Assembly: GCA_018826075.1 (NCBI GenBank)
Contig: JAHKAJ010000035.1
Coordinates: forward strand, 15,069 to 79,068
Direction of reading: 5' to 3'
From: Candidatus Omnitrophota bacterium
Lineage (GTDB): Bacteria > Omnitrophota > Gorgyraeia > Duberdicusellales > 4484-171
DNA: 64,000 nucleotides
The notes beneath the pieces were generated by a model, which was given only the letters and a program-made list of their open reading frames with translations, did not search any database and was not told where the DNA came from. Position 1 is the stretch's first letter, and every line of letters begins with the position of its first letter. The position numbers and the translations under genes are program-made. This document shows, in pieces, positions 46,651 through 56,830 of this stretch.

Positions 46651-47088
46651 ATGAAGTTAGTAAGGTATAAGCCGCTTAGTTTATGGGCAAATCCCTGGCA
46701 GGATTTGGGCCGGTTGTTCGATCTTACTTTTGATAATAGCTTAGGCCTGGGTAATGATGTTCTTTCGCCAAGTTTGGATATCAGCGAAGACAAGGAGAAT
46801 ATTTATCTGGAAGCTGACCTTCCGGGATTTGAACAGAAAGACATCAAGGTGAAGATCAAGGGTGACATTCTTAGTATTAGCGCCAAACGCCAGGAAACTA
46901 AAGAGGAGAAAGGAAAAAATTTCTTTCGTAAAGAAAGGTTTGAGGGCAGTTTTTACCGGACCCTGCAGCTTCCGGCAGGCGTTGACGCCTCAAAGGTCAA
47001 TGCTGATTATCAGAAAGGGGTGCTTAAACTGGCTCTTTCTAAAAAGGAAGAAGAAAAGGAAAAAGAGATTCAGATCGATTTGAATTAA
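46651..47088 (+). CDS. Hsp20/alpha-crystallin small heat-shock protein
   Basis: Alpha-crystallin domain (LDISEDKENIYLEADLPGF...GVLKLAL). Confidence 0.9.
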   Translation: MKLVRYKPLSLWANPWQDLGRLFDLTFDNSLGLGNDVLSPSLDISEDKENIYLEADLPGFEQKDIKVKIKGDILSISAKRQETKEEKGKNFFRKERFEGSFYRTLQLPAGVDASKVNADYQKGVLKLALSKKEEEKEKEIQIDLN

Positions 47089-47106
47089 GCAAATTTTTAG
47101 CTTAGT

Positions 47107-47227
47107 TTTCAAAATAGCGATTTTGCGTGCACACATCCCTAAATATTGCTGTATCAACCTAGTTGAATGGGCCCCTTCGGGGCCTGCTTCGGCTCGTTGC
47201 GCGCGCAAAAATCGCTATTTTGAAAAT
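47107..47227 (+). other. structured element of about 120 nt: a 19-bp perfect long-range stem enclosing two UUCG-type hairpins; a terminator or cis-regulatory RNA
   Basis: ttttcaaaatagcgatttt (47107-47125) pairs with aaaatcgctattttgaaaa (47209-47227). Inner hairpins ggcccc-ttc-ggggcc and gc-ttcg-gc. No U tract. Confidence 0.5.
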
Positions 47228-47285
47228 CAATAGTTGCCAGATGGCGGATTTGCGGTAGAATTGGTGTTTAAACACAGGAGTCCAA

Positions 47286-47642
47286 ATGAGAATCGATGTA
47301 TCTTTTAAGTATCTGGAAAAGAGCGATTTTATTGACAACATTCTAGAAGGTAATTTCAGAAAGATCGAGCGGCGCCTTAAAATGTTCCGGCGGCAAGACC
47401 CGGTGCACATTTCAGTGCATCTGGAAAAGAATCCTCACAAGGAACAGTATTTTTGCCGTTCTCATGTGTATTTGCCTTCTTCTAAAGTTGTAGCTGCCGA
47501 CGAAAACGGCCGAAATATTTCCCTGGCTGTAAACAAGGCTTTTTCGGCTATAAGCAAGCAATTGGATAAGGAGAAGCATAAGTGGGAAAAGCAAAGAAGG
47601 CAGAGCCGGCAGAAACGCTTGAAGAACGATTTTGGGGAGTAA
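47286..47642 (+). CDS. hpf: ribosome hibernation promoting factor (RaiA/HPF family, short form)
   Basis: S30AE-family fold motifs (MRIDVSFKYLEKSD...HISVHLEK...VAADENGRN). Confidence 0.7.
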   Translation: MRIDVSFKYLEKSDFIDNILEGNFRKIERRLKMFRRQDPVHISVHLEKNPHKEQYFCRSHVYLPSSKVVAADENGRNISLAVNKAFSAISKQLDKEKHKWEKQRRQSRQKRLKNDFGE

Positions 47643-47649
47643 GTTTGGC

Positions 47650-47707
47650 TTGACTCAAGATTAGCCTTATGTTAGGATACCTGGCACTCTCAGTTTAAGA
47701 GTGCTAA
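47650..47707 (+). promoter_or_regulatory. hrcA operon promoter with CIRCE, and an overlapping CTTGAcTCAAG palindrome
   Basis: TTGACT at 47650-47655. CIRCE tgGCACTC-N9-GAGTGCTAA at 47681-47707. Palindrome at 47649-47659. Confidence 0.6.
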
Positions 47708-47722
47708 AGGTATGGTGAAACA

Positions 47723-48460
47723 GTGAGACATGCTGATAATCGAGAAAGAGAAAAAGAAATTTTAGGGCTGATTATCGAGAGCTACATTAAGGAATCCCGC
47801 CCGATCAGCTCAGGATTTCTTTGCGAACAATGCCGCCTTAACTGCTCTCCGGCAACCGTCAGGAACATAATGCTTTCTTTGGAGCAGCAGGGGTTGGTTT
47901 CTCATATCCATACTTCTTCAGGCAGAGTCCCTACTAAAGAAGGTTTTAAACGCTATGTAGAAAGCCTGACTGAAGAAGAGATCGGCCGTCAATACCCGGT
48001 TTCCCTGGAGTCTTATGCTTTGGTCGATTCAAACATTGACGATATCATCAGCTTTTCTTTGGATAATTTAGCCCGCTTAAGCGGTTATGCTTCTTTGATC
48101 GCGGTTTCCGGCCGAGAAGATAGTTTTTCCTACAAAGGGATGCGCTTCATCCTGGAACAGCCGGAATTTGAAGACATTGAACGCTTAAGGCATATTTTTT
48201 ATGCCCTTGAGGTAAGGATGGGTGATTTTCAGCATCTGCTTTTTGATTGTTTTGATGAGAAGATGAAGATACTGATCGGTGATGATATCGGTTTTGAGGA
48301 GATTTCCGACTGTTCGCTGGTTATTTCGGGTTTACGCCAAAAAAATTTAGGCCTGTCTTTAGCGCTTTTAGGGCCGATGAGGATGAATTACGCTAAAGCT
48401 GTTTCCTGCTTAAATTCAGTAAGAAACCAGCTTAAAGAAGCGGTTGAGGGCTATCTATGA
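47723..48460 (+). CDS. hrcA: heat-inducible transcription repressor HrcA (short, 245 aa)
   Basis: HrcA N-terminal wHTH (ILGLIIESYIKESRPISSGFL...ATVRNIMLSLEQQGLV). Operon position before grpE. GTG start. Confidence 0.8.
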   Translation: MRHADNREREKEILGLIIESYIKESRPISSGFLCEQCRLNCSPATVRNIMLSLEQQGLVSHIHTSSGRVPTKEGFKRYVESLTEEEIGRQYPVSLESYALVDSNIDDIISFSLDNLARLSGYASLIAVSGREDSFSYKGMRFILEQPEFEDIERLRHIFYALEVRMGDFQHLLFDCFDEKMKILIGDDIGFEEISDCSLVISGLRQKNLGLSLALLGPMRMNYAKAVSCLNSVRNQLKEAVEGYL

Positions 48461-49062
48461 TCAAGAAACATGGTAAACATTCAGAAGAAAATAAGCCGGA
48501 AAACGATTTTGGGGTCGAAGGAGACCAAGCAGCCGGCGAAAAAAAGCAAAATGATCTATCAGAGTTGGAAGATAAATATTTAAGGCTTCAGGCCGAATTT
48601 GATAATTATAAGAAACGCACCTTTAGGGAGAAAACTGAATTTATCAAATTCGCTAACGAAGGTCTGATCATTGAGTTGTTGGGTATTTTGGATAATTTTG
48701 AACGGGGGGTTAAAGCCGCTGACCTAACCAAGGATTTCAGCCTTCTGCATAAGGGGGTCGACATGATCTCTAAACAGCTGCACGCACTTTTGGAGACCAA
48801 GGGGTTAAAGAGAATCATCACTATCGGCGAAACCTTTGATCCGCACCAACATGAAGCTATGGAGGTTGTTGAAGACGACAATCTCATCCAGGACACCGTG
48901 GTCGAAGAATTACAGCCGGGTTATTTCTTGAATGACCGGATAGTGCGCCCGGCAAAAGTCAAAGTGGCTAAGGGTAAAATCGAAGAACCAAAAAGTGAAA
49001 AGGTAGAAGAAGCCAAGAACGAAGATCAGGAAAATAATAAGCAAGAAGAAGAGATAGGATAA
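48457..49062 (+). CDS. grpE: nucleotide exchange factor GrpE
   Basis: Coiled-coil N-terminus and a GrpE core (LQAEFDNYKKR...). Confidence 0.9.
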   Translation: MIKKHGKHSEENKPENDFGVEGDQAAGEKKQNDLSELEDKYLRLQAEFDNYKKRTFREKTEFIKFANEGLIIELLGILDNFERGVKAADLTKDFSLLHKGVDMISKQLHALLETKGLKRIITIGETFDPHQHEAMEVVEDDNLIQDTVVEELQPGYFLNDRIVRPAKVKVAKGKIEEPKSEKVEEAKNEDQENNKQEEEIG

Positions 49063-49082
49063 GGTAAAACGGAGGTATAGTA

Positions 49083-50984
49083 ATGGCACGTGTAATTGGA
49101 ATTGATTTAGGAACATCTAATTCGTCAGCGGCAGTCATGGAAGGCGGCCGGCCGGCGATTATCCCGTCAGCTGAAGGCGCCGGAGTGGCCAGCGGAAAGG
49201 CCTTTCCTTCGGTAGTCGCTTTCACCAAAGACGGCACTCGCCTGGTAGGCGAGCCGGCTAAACGTCAGGCTTCGGTTAATCCCGAAGGTACGGTTTTAGC
49301 CGCTAAGCGTAAGATCGGAACTAATTTTAAATTTGAAGTTTACGGTAAGGAATATACGCCACAGCAGATTTCGGCTTTTATCTTGCAGAAAATAAAGCAG
49401 GATGCTGAAAGCTACCTTGGCGATACAGTGAAGGAAGCAGTGATCACTGTCCCGGCATATTTTAATGACAACCAGCGCCAGGCTACCAAAGATGCCGGAG
49501 CGATCGCCGGATTGGAAGTTTTAAGGATCATCAACGAACCTACAGCGGCTTGCTTGGCTTATGGGCTAAATAAAGTCGGCAAGGAATTAAAGATCATGGT
49601 CTTTGACTTAGGCGGCGGAACTCTTGATGTAACTGTCATGGAAATGTGGTCAGAAGGCGGCTTTAAAGTTCTTTCGACTTCCGGTGATACACATCTTGGC
49701 GGAACCGATATGGATAAGATTTTGATTGACTATGTAGCTGATGATTTTAAGAAACAGACCGGAATAGATTTACGCAATGACAAGATGGCAGTGCAGCGCC
49801 TGCGGGAAGGAGTGGAAAAGGCAAAAATAGAGCTTTCCAGCACTCTGACTACGGACATCAATCTTCCTTTTATCACTGCTGATCAGACCGGGCCTAAACA
49901 TCTTACTACTACGCTTAACCGGGCTAAGCTCGAAGAATTGATCACACCGATAATCGACCGCTGTCGGACACCGATGCATCAGGCTTTGGGCGACGCTAAA
50001 CTTAAATCCAGCGAGATCGATAAGATTATCATGGTCGGCGGGCCTACCCGCATGCCGATCGTCCAGAAATTCGTTGAAGATTATGTCGGTAAAAAAATCG
50101 AGCGGGGAATCGATCCGATGGAATGCGTTTCTATGGGCGCTGCGGTCCAGGGTTCGATCATCAAAGGCGAGACCAAAGATGTTTTGCTGCTTGACGTTAC
50201 GCCACTTTCCCTGGGCATTGAAACTTTAGGTGGAGTTTTCACCAAGCTTATTGACCGTAACACTACGATTCCCACTAAGAAGGGCCAGGTTTTTTCAACT
50301 GCTGATGACAATCAGCCGGCAGTTACCATTCGGGTTCTTCAGGGCGAGCGGCCGATGGCCAGTGACAATATTGAGCTGGGCCGTTTTGACCTGGTGGGCA
50401 TACCTCCGGCACCAAGAGGAGTCCCCCAGATAGAGGTCACTTTTGATATCGATGCTAACGGTATAGTCCATGTTACGGCTAAAGATAAGGGTACTGGCAA
50501 AGAGCAGTCAGTTCGGATAACTGCCCCGGACAAACTATCGGAAACTGACATCGATAAGATGGTCAAGGAAGCCGAAAAGTATGCCGATGATGATAAAAAG
50601 CGCAAAGAAGCCGTGGAATTAAAAAACAAGGCTGATGGTTTAGTTTACGCTACTGATAAATCACTTAAGGATTACGGCGAAAAGATTTCTGAAGCCGACA
50701 AAAATGATATCCAGAGTAAGCTTGATTCCCTTAAGGAGACCTTAAAACAAAACGATGCCAGCGCTGACCAGATTCAAAAAGGAATCGATGAACTGACTAA
50801 AGCTTCTCATAAGTTAGCCGAGCAGGTCTATAAAGCCCAAAGCGCTGCTCAACAGGCTGCTCCTGGAGCAGATCAGGCTCAAGCTGAACCGAATGCTTCA
50901 GGCGGCCCCCAAGAGGATGCCGGCTCTAAGCCTAACGGCGAGAATGTGGTTGATGCCGAGTACAAAGAAGAAGACGGCAAATGA
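49083..50984 (+). CDS. dnaK: chaperone DnaK (Hsp70)
   Basis: [18 protein letters not shown] and the rest of the full Hsp70 signature set. Confidence 0.97.
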   Translation: MARVIGIDLGTSNSSAAVMEGGRPAIIPSAEGAGVASGKAFPSVVAFTKDGTRLVGEPAKRQASVNPEGTVLAAKRKIGTNFKFEVYGKEYTPQQISAFILQKIKQDAESYLGDTVKEAVITVPAYFNDNQRQATKDAGAIAGLEVLRIINEPTAACLAYGLNKVGKELKIMVFDLGGGTLDVTVMEMWSEGGFKVLSTSGDTHLGGTDMDKILIDYVADDFKKQTGIDLRNDKMAVQRLREGVEKAKIELSSTLTTDINLPFITADQTGPKHLTTTLNRAKLEELITPIIDRCRTPMHQALGDAKLKSSEIDKIIMVGGPTRMPIVQKFVEDYVGKKIERGIDPMECVSMGAAVQGSIIKGETKDVLLLDVTPLSLGIETLGGVFTKLIDRNTTIPTKKGQVFSTADDNQPAVTIRVLQGERPMASDNIELGRFDLVGIPPAPRGVPQIEVTFDIDANGIVHVTAKDKGTGKEQSVRITAPDKLSETDIDKMVKEAEKYADDDKKRKEAVELKNKADGLVYATDKSLKDYGEKISEADKNDIQSKLDSLKETLKQNDASADQIQKGIDELTKASHKLAEQVYKAQSAAQQAAPGADQAQAEPNASGGPQEDAGSKPNGENVVDAEYKEEDGK

Positions 50985-52078
50985 TGAGTACCGCCCGAGA
51001 TTACTATGAGATCTTAGGATTATCTAAAGGGGCTACGGTTGATGAAGTCAAAAAGGCTTATCGGCAGGCGGTGATGAAGCACCATCCTGACCGGGTGCCT
51101 CCTGAACAAAAAAAAGCCGCCGAAGAAAAATTCAAAGAGATCTCCGAAGCCTATGCGGTCTTAAGCGATCCTCAGAAAAAGCAGCTTTACGATCAATACG
51201 GGCATTCGGGCATAGATTCGCGATATTCCACTGAAGATATTTTCCGGGGTGCTGATTTTTCAAGTATTTTCGGCAACCGGGGAGGCAGCTTCGGTGATAT
51301 CTTTGAAAATTTATTTTCCGATTTCGGGATGTTCGGTTCGGGTGCATCAGCCCGCGGCGGTCGGCGTTCCGGCGAAGACCTTCAAATTCAGATCGCTATC
51401 GATTTAGAAGATGCTTATCGAGGTGCCGAAAAGGATATTACTTATTCCCGTTATGAAGATTGTTCATCTTGCCGGGGCAGCGGTGCTGAAGCTGGTTCGC
51501 CAAAAACCGTCTGCAATACTTGTCGTGGCCGGGGAACAGTGACCAGCGGCCTAGGCTTTATTAATTTTTCGCAAACTTGTCCTAATTGTCAGGGTGAAGG
51601 TAAGATAATAAAGAACCGCTGTAAGAAATGTTCAGGTCTTGGCAGGTTAAAGGTCAGGAAAAATCTCAAAGTTACCATTCCTCAAGGGGTAGATAACGGT
51701 TCAATATTACGTTTAAGGCAGGAAGGTAATTTTGGCCCCGGCGGATACGGAAGCTTATTTATCTATATTGAAGTCAGGCAGCATCCGGTATTTCATCGCC
51801 AGGCTGATACAGTTCTTTGCACGGCGAAGATAACCGTTGCCCAGGCAATACTGGGAACCGAGATAAAAGTTTCTACCCTGGACGGCCAAGTTACCATGAC
51901 TATTCCGGCCGGGACCCAGCCCGATGCCGTATTCAGGCTAAAAGGCAAAGGTATGGTCAATTTACATTCTAAGCGTCCCGGAGACCAGCTGGTGGAAGTA
52001 AAAGTAGAGATACCTAAAAAAATCTCAACCCGGGAAAGAAAGCTGGTTGAAGAATGGGCCAAGCTGAGGAGAGATTAA
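50981..52078 (+). CDS. dnaJ: chaperone DnaJ
   Basis: J domain with HPD, a G/F region and four CxxCxGxG zinc-finger repeats. Confidence 0.95.
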   Translation: MMSTARDYYEILGLSKGATVDEVKKAYRQAVMKHHPDRVPPEQKKAAEEKFKEISEAYAVLSDPQKKQLYDQYGHSGIDSRYSTEDIFRGADFSSIFGNRGGSFGDIFENLFSDFGMFGSGASARGGRRSGEDLQIQIAIDLEDAYRGAEKDITYSRYEDCSSCRGSGAEAGSPKTVCNTCRGRGTVTSGLGFINFSQTCPNCQGEGKIIKNRCKKCSGLGRLKVRKNLKVTIPQGVDNGSILRLRQEGNFGPGGYGSLFIYIEVRQHPVFHRQADTVLCTAKITVAQAILGTEIKVSTLDGQVTMTIPAGTQPDAVFRLKGKGMVNLHSKRPGDQLVEVKVEIPKKISTRERKLVEEWAKLRRD

Positions 52079-52081
52079 GTT

Positions 52082-52351
52082 ATGCCTACCTATGATTATA
52101 AGTGTTTGGAATGCGGAAATGATTTTGAAGTTTTTCAAAGTATGAAAGATGCCCTGGTTAAAACTTGTCCGAAATGCGGCGGTAAGGTCAAACGTTTGAT
52201 CGGCACCGGTTCAGGGTTGATCTTTAAGGGCAGCGGGTTTTACGCCACTGACTATAAAAAACAAAGTCCGTCTTCTGCTTCTGGGCAAACACCCTGCTCT
52301 GGCTGTAAAGATGCTCCTAAATGCAGCCAGGAGAAAAGCAAAAAGAAGTAA
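52082..52351 (+). CDS. FmdB-family zinc-ribbon protein
   Basis: MPTYDYKCLECGNDFE...CPKCGG. Confidence 0.6.
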   Translation: MPTYDYKCLECGNDFEVFQSMKDALVKTCPKCGGKVKRLIGTGSGLIFKGSGFYATDYKKQSPSSASGQTPCSGCKDAPKCSQEKSKKK

Positions 52352-52357
52352 GCTAAA

Positions 52358-53563
52358 ATGAACCAAACCATAAAACCGTTCAAGGCCACCTATTACAACC
52401 CAGCATCAGTTAAGGATTATTCAGCGGTTACCTGCCCGCCTTACGATGTGATTAGCAGCCAGCAGTTAAAAGCCCTTCGCCGGAAATCTCCCGATAATTT
52501 TTCCTGGGTGCTTATCGCTGATAACGGTAATTATAAGCAGTCAGCTCAGTGTCTTAACCGTCTGTTGAAAGATAAGATCTTAATTGATGACGATCAGGAT
52601 AGCTTATATCTTTATGAACAAACCTTTAAAGTTAAAGGAAAATCTTTGCGGCGCTTCGGTATCCTCTCACTTTTAAAAATGGATAAAAAAGGTATTTTTC
52701 CTCACGAATACACTTTAAGCGCTCCTAAAAAAGACCGCAAAAAGATAATTGCTTCGACCAAGGCTAACCTAAGCCCGATATTTGTTATTGCCACTAAACA
52801 CCTGTTTCAGCTGGAAAAAATTTACCAGGCTTATCGTAAGACTAAACCGTTTTTTAAATGTTTCGACCGGGATTCAAATCTTAACAAAGTATGGAAAATT
52901 TCTCAGCGCCAGGAAATTGATAGGCTTTGCCGGGAGATCTCAGCTTCGAAAATGGTTATTGCCGACGGCCATCACCGCTTCGAAATTACTTTTGATTACT
53001 TTAAAAAGAATAAAAACCGTTTTAAAGATTTAAATTATATTCTGGCTTACCTGACCGGCCCGCAGGAAGGGCTACTGATCTTGCCGACTCACCGGATCAT
53101 CAACATCAACCAGAACACTGATTCTATCTTTAAAACTTTACAGTCCTATTTTCATATCCAAAAAGTTTCTCAAGGCGTTTTGGAAAAACACCTGGATTCC
53201 CAAGGGCAGTTTTGTTTCGGAATCTTTCATAAAGGTAAGTTCTTTTTTTTAAAGTTGAAAGATAAGAAGATTTTAGATAAAATAGAAAATAAACTTTATC
53301 GTGGCTTGGATGCGTATGTGTTTCACCAGGCGGTTTTGCCGCTTTTTAAATCGGCCGGCCAGATCCAGTATTCTCACAGCATTGACGAGTCTAAAGCCAT
53401 AGCCGGTAAAAGTGATACCGCTTTTATTTTAAGGGCGGTACCTTTGGAGACAGTCCTTGAGATATCGCGTAAGGGTTTCCGGTTTCCTCAAAAATCAACT
53501 TACTTTTATCCTAAACTTTTGTCGGGGTTAGTGATCAGGCGTTTTAAAAATCTATCCCGATAG
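52358..53563 (+). CDS. DUF1015-family protein
   Basis: About 400 aa with the conserved VIADGHHRFE block. Confidence 0.45.
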   Translation: MNQTIKPFKATYYNPASVKDYSAVTCPPYDVISSQQLKALRRKSPDNFSWVLIADNGNYKQSAQCLNRLLKDKILIDDDQDSLYLYEQTFKVKGKSLRRFGILSLLKMDKKGIFPHEYTLSAPKKDRKKIIASTKANLSPIFVIATKHLFQLEKIYQAYRKTKPFFKCFDRDSNLNKVWKISQRQEIDRLCREISASKMVIADGHHRFEITFDYFKKNKNRFKDLNYILAYLTGPQEGLLILPTHRIININQNTDSIFKTLQSYFHIQKVSQGVLEKHLDSQGQFCFGIFHKGKFFFLKLKDKKILDKIENKLYRGLDAYVFHQAVLPLFKSAGQIQYSHSIDESKAIAGKSDTAFILRAVPLETVLEISRKGFRFPQKSTYFYPKLLSGLVIRRFKNLSR

Positions 53564-53604
53564 TAATCGGGATTTCGCTAAATAATTCATTAAGGTGCTC
53601 AAAA

Positions 53605-54441
53605 ATGAAAATATTTAAAAAACCTTTCGGCGGGTTACGTAAACAGAAGAAGAATATTCCTGACGGCCTTTGGAGTAAATGTCCCAGCTGCTCACAGCTG
53701 ATTTTTAATAAAATCCTGGGAGATAATTTAAAAGTCTGCCCTAAATGTAACTATCATTTTTTACTTACTTGTTGGGAGCGGGTAGACTTGCTTGCTGATG
53801 CTGACAGTTTTAGTGAAATAGCTTCTGAGCTTAATTCTCTCGATCCTTTAGAGTTTTCCGGGCCGAAGACTTATAAAGAGAAATTAGAGCAGGCGGTTGA
53901 GGAAACCGGTTTAAAAGAGGCAGCGGTGGTAGGTGAAGCTAAAATCAATGGTTCTTCGGTTGCTTTGGGAGTTACCGACTCCCGGTTCATTATGGGCTCT
54001 ATGGGTTCGGTGGTGGGAGAAAAAATAACCCGCTTAGCCGAGATAGCTTTAGAAAAGCATATACCGTTAATGGTTGTTTCCGGTTCAGGCGGCGGGGCCA
54101 GGATGTATGAAGGGATGTTTAGCCTTATGCAGATGGCTAAAACCAGCGGTATCCTGGCTAAACTTAAAGAAGAAAATATCGTTTTTATTTCGATCCTAAC
54201 TAACCCGACTATGGCCGGAGTTATGGCTTCATTTGCCGGTTTAGGCGATGTGACTATTGCTGAGCCAGGGGCCCTGATCGGATTTACCGGGCCGCGGGTG
54301 ATAAAACAGACCATAAAACAGGATCTTCCTAAGGGGTTTCAGACTTCTGAATTTAATTTAAAACACGGGCTCATAGATATGGTTATTCACCGAAAAGATT
54401 TAAAGAATGCTTTGGTTAAATTGATTTACTATTTATCTTGA
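53605..54441 (+). CDS. accD: acetyl-CoA carboxylase carboxyltransferase beta subunit
   Basis: N-terminal Zn ribbon (CPSC...CPKC) plus a carboxyltransferase domain. No accA adjacent. Confidence 0.85.
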   Translation: MKIFKKPFGGLRKQKKNIPDGLWSKCPSCSQLIFNKILGDNLKVCPKCNYHFLLTCWERVDLLADADSFSEIASELNSLDPLEFSGPKTYKEKLEQAVEETGLKEAAVVGEAKINGSSVALGVTDSRFIMGSMGSVVGEKITRLAEIALEKHIPLMVVSGSGGGARMYEGMFSLMQMAKTSGILAKLKEENIVFISILTNPTMAGVMASFAGLGDVTIAEPGALIGFTGPRVIKQTIKQDLPKGFQTSEFNLKHGLIDMVIHRKDLKNALVKLIYYLS

Positions 54442-54466
54442 CAGAGGTCCTTTGAGAATTTACAAT
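54438..54466 (+). promoter_or_regulatory. sigma70 promoter (TTGACA, 17 nt, TACAAT) overlapping the accD stop
   Basis: TTGACA at 54438-54443 and TACAAT at 54461-54466. Confidence 0.5.
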
Positions 54467-54474
54467 TTTAACTT

Positions 54475-55578
54475 ATGGCAGAAGTAGTTTTAAAAAATAT
54501 CACTAAGTCTTATCCTAATGGTTCAGCCGCAGTCAGGGATGTTAACCTGAAGGTGCAAGACAAAGAGTTTGTGGTTTTAGTCGGCCCTTCTGGCTGTGGT
54601 AAATCAACCACCTTACGAATGATCGCCGGCTTGGAATATCCGACTAAGGGTGAGGTTTATGTAGGCGACCGGTTGGTCAATGATGTTCCCTCCAAAGACC
54701 GCAATATCGCCATGGTCTTTCAGAATTACGCCCTTTATCCTCATATGAATGTTTATCAGAATATGGCTTTTGCTTTGAAACTGCGTAATTATTCTTCGGA
54801 AGATATCGACAAGCGGGTCAAAGAAGCCGCCCAGATTTTAGGGATAAGCCAGTTAGTCAGCCGCCGTCCGCGGGAGATCTCCGGCGGAGAGCGCCAACGG
54901 GTAGCGGTGGGCCGGGCAATAGTGCGAAAACCCCAGGTCTTTCTTTTCGACGAACCCTTAAGTAACCTTGATGCTAAGATGCGCGTTCAGATGCGCACCG
55001 AGATCCACAAACTTCACTTAAAGATCCAAACCACAATGATCTACGTGACTCATGACCAGACCGAAGCTATGACTTTAGGCGACCGGATAGCGGTGATGAA
55101 GGACGGTGAGATCCTGCAGTTTGATACACCCTTAAATGTTTATGATGATCCGGTAAACAAATTCGTAGCCGGGTTTATTGGTTCGCCGCCGATGAATTTC
55201 ATGAAAGGCAAGATTGTCAAAACCGGCTCAGGCCTCTATTTTGACGAAGGAACTTTCAGGGTTAAAGTCTTAGATGAGATGGCGGTTAAATTGGACAGCT
55301 ATATCGATAAAGAAATTATTTTCGGAATACGCCCGGAGAATATTTACGATAAATTATTTGCCTCTTATGCCACGACTGACAATACTTTAACTGTTTTATG
55401 CGATGTTATTGAGACAATGGGCTCAGAGAATTACATCTATTTTTCCACCGGCAAGCACACCTTAATTGCCGTAGTCGAAGCCACAAACAAACCTCCGATT
55501 GGCGGCATGGTCGAAGTTGTTTTTGATATGAAGAGGGTCCATTTCTTCGACCCTCAAGAAGAATTTACCATTGTATAA
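54475..55578 (+). CDS. MalK/UgpC-type ABC transporter ATPase with a C-terminal TOBE domain; orphan
   Basis: Walker [18 protein letters not shown] and FDEPLSNLD. No permease or substrate-binding genes nearby. Confidence 0.85.
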   Translation: MAEVVLKNITKSYPNGSAAVRDVNLKVQDKEFVVLVGPSGCGKSTTLRMIAGLEYPTKGEVYVGDRLVNDVPSKDRNIAMVFQNYALYPHMNVYQNMAFALKLRNYSSEDIDKRVKEAAQILGISQLVSRRPREISGGERQRVAVGRAIVRKPQVFLFDEPLSNLDAKMRVQMRTEIHKLHLKIQTTMIYVTHDQTEAMTLGDRIAVMKDGEILQFDTPLNVYDDPVNKFVAGFIGSPPMNFMKGKIVKTGSGLYFDEGTFRVKVLDEMAVKLDSYIDKEIIFGIRPENIYDKLFASYATTDNTLTVLCDVIETMGSENYIYFSTGKHTLIAVVEATNKPPIGGMVEVVFDMKRVHFFDPQEEFTIV

Positions 55579-56830
55579 AAGTGGTATCCTCACAACTTTA
55601 CTTTTCCTGATATTAACTTGCCTTCTTTTTATTTTTTTACCGGGCGGCGGAATAATTTTTTTGGTCCCGGCCCTGGCCGTCGCCGGAGTATTTCTGTTAA
55701 TAGGTAAAATCAAATCTTTGATTTTTTCAAAATACCAAGGTGACTTTGACCTTTGGGAAGAAAAAATAAACCTCTTAAATGAGAGTATAGCCGAAAAAGG
55801 CAAGCTGCTTGAGACTTTGCCAGCTAAAGAAGAACGGGTTTCTTTTCTTTTTGAGATCTCTCAAAATTTGATCGAGCTGATCGATTTTGAAAAGATCATT
55901 GATCTACTGATCGATACCCTGGAGAAAATTTTTCCCACCGCCGACAACATTTTATTTTTTAATTTTGACAAGGAAGGAGATAAACTGATTTTAAACCGTT
56001 GTTTAAGGCGCAAAAACGATACCATCAGTAGTAAAAAAGGCAATGCTTTAGATAAATGGGTTCTTCATCAGAACCGTTCTTTGTTGATTGATGACATTAC
56101 CAAGGATTTTCGTTTTGACTACAGTAAACTTCCGGCTTACCAGGAACGAAAGGTGCATTCTTTTATTTTGAGTCCGCTTTCCGTCGGGCATAAGTCCTTA
56201 GGGGTGTTGCGGATTGAAGCAAAATCGCCGGGGTTGTTTTCTCTCGATGATTCAAGGCTCCTGCGTAATATTTCTGATTTGGGAGCGGTTGTTTTAGAAC
56301 GGGCTTTGCTTTTTCAGAGAGCCCAGGATTTGGCGATCAAGGATTCTTTGACCGGTTTGTTTGTACGAAGTTATTTTTCTCAATACCTGAGCCGTTCGTT
56401 AAAAGATGCCGCAGCCAAGCGGCAGGCCGTAGGTTTGATCATGTTGGATATTGATGATTTTAAAAAGATAAACGATAGCTACGGCCACGTAGTCGGGGAC
56501 TTGGTTCTAATGAACTTAGCCGGCATTTTAAAAGAAAATATCAATGAGCAAACCGGGATAGTCTGCCGTTTTGGCGGTGAAGAATTTGCTTTAGTGGTAA
56601 CGAAATCCAGCCGGATTGAAATCATAGCCTGCGCTGAAAATATTCTTAGCGCGGTCAGGAAAACCGTATTGGCTTTTCGCAGGAAAAAAGTCAGTTTTAC
56701 GGTTTCGCAAGGTTTGGCCTTTTATCCCGACGATTGTGATTCAGCTTCGGTTTTGATCGAACAGGCCGATGTTTTATTATATAAGGCCAAGCGGGAAGGG
56801 AAAAATAAACTATGCTATTCTGGGCAGTAA
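55571..56830 (+). CDS. membrane-anchored GAF-GGDEF diguanylate cyclase
   Basis: Two TM helices, a GAF-like domain and the GGEEF active site (RFGGEEF). Confidence 0.85.
   Translation: MYKSGILTTLLFLILTCLLFIFLPGGGIIFLVPALAVAGVFLLIGKIKSLIFSKYQGDFDLWEEKINLLNESIAEKGKLLETLPAKEERVSFLFEISQNLIELIDFEKIIDLLIDTLEKIFPTADNILFFNFDKEGDKLILNRCLRRKNDTISSKKGNALDKWVLHQNRSLLIDDITKDFRFDYSKLPAYQERKVHSFILSPLSVGHKSLGVLRIEAKSPGLFSLDDSRLLRNISDLGAVVLERALLFQRAQDLAIKDSLTGLFVRSYFSQYLSRSLKDAAAKRQAVGLIMLDIDDFKKINDSYGHVVGDLVLMNLAGILKENINEQTGIVCRFGGEEFALVVTKSSRIEIIACAENILSAVRKTVLAFRRKKVSFTVSQGLAFYPDDCDSASVLIEQADVLLYKAKREGKNKLCYSGQ

Noticed and set aside
47236-47252. Possible sigma-54 promoter (TGGC..TTGC) before hpf, a gene historically linked to rpoN
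   Set aside because: The GG and GC elements are 9 nt apart instead of the required spacing in TGGCAC-N5-TTGC. Not a sigma-54 site.
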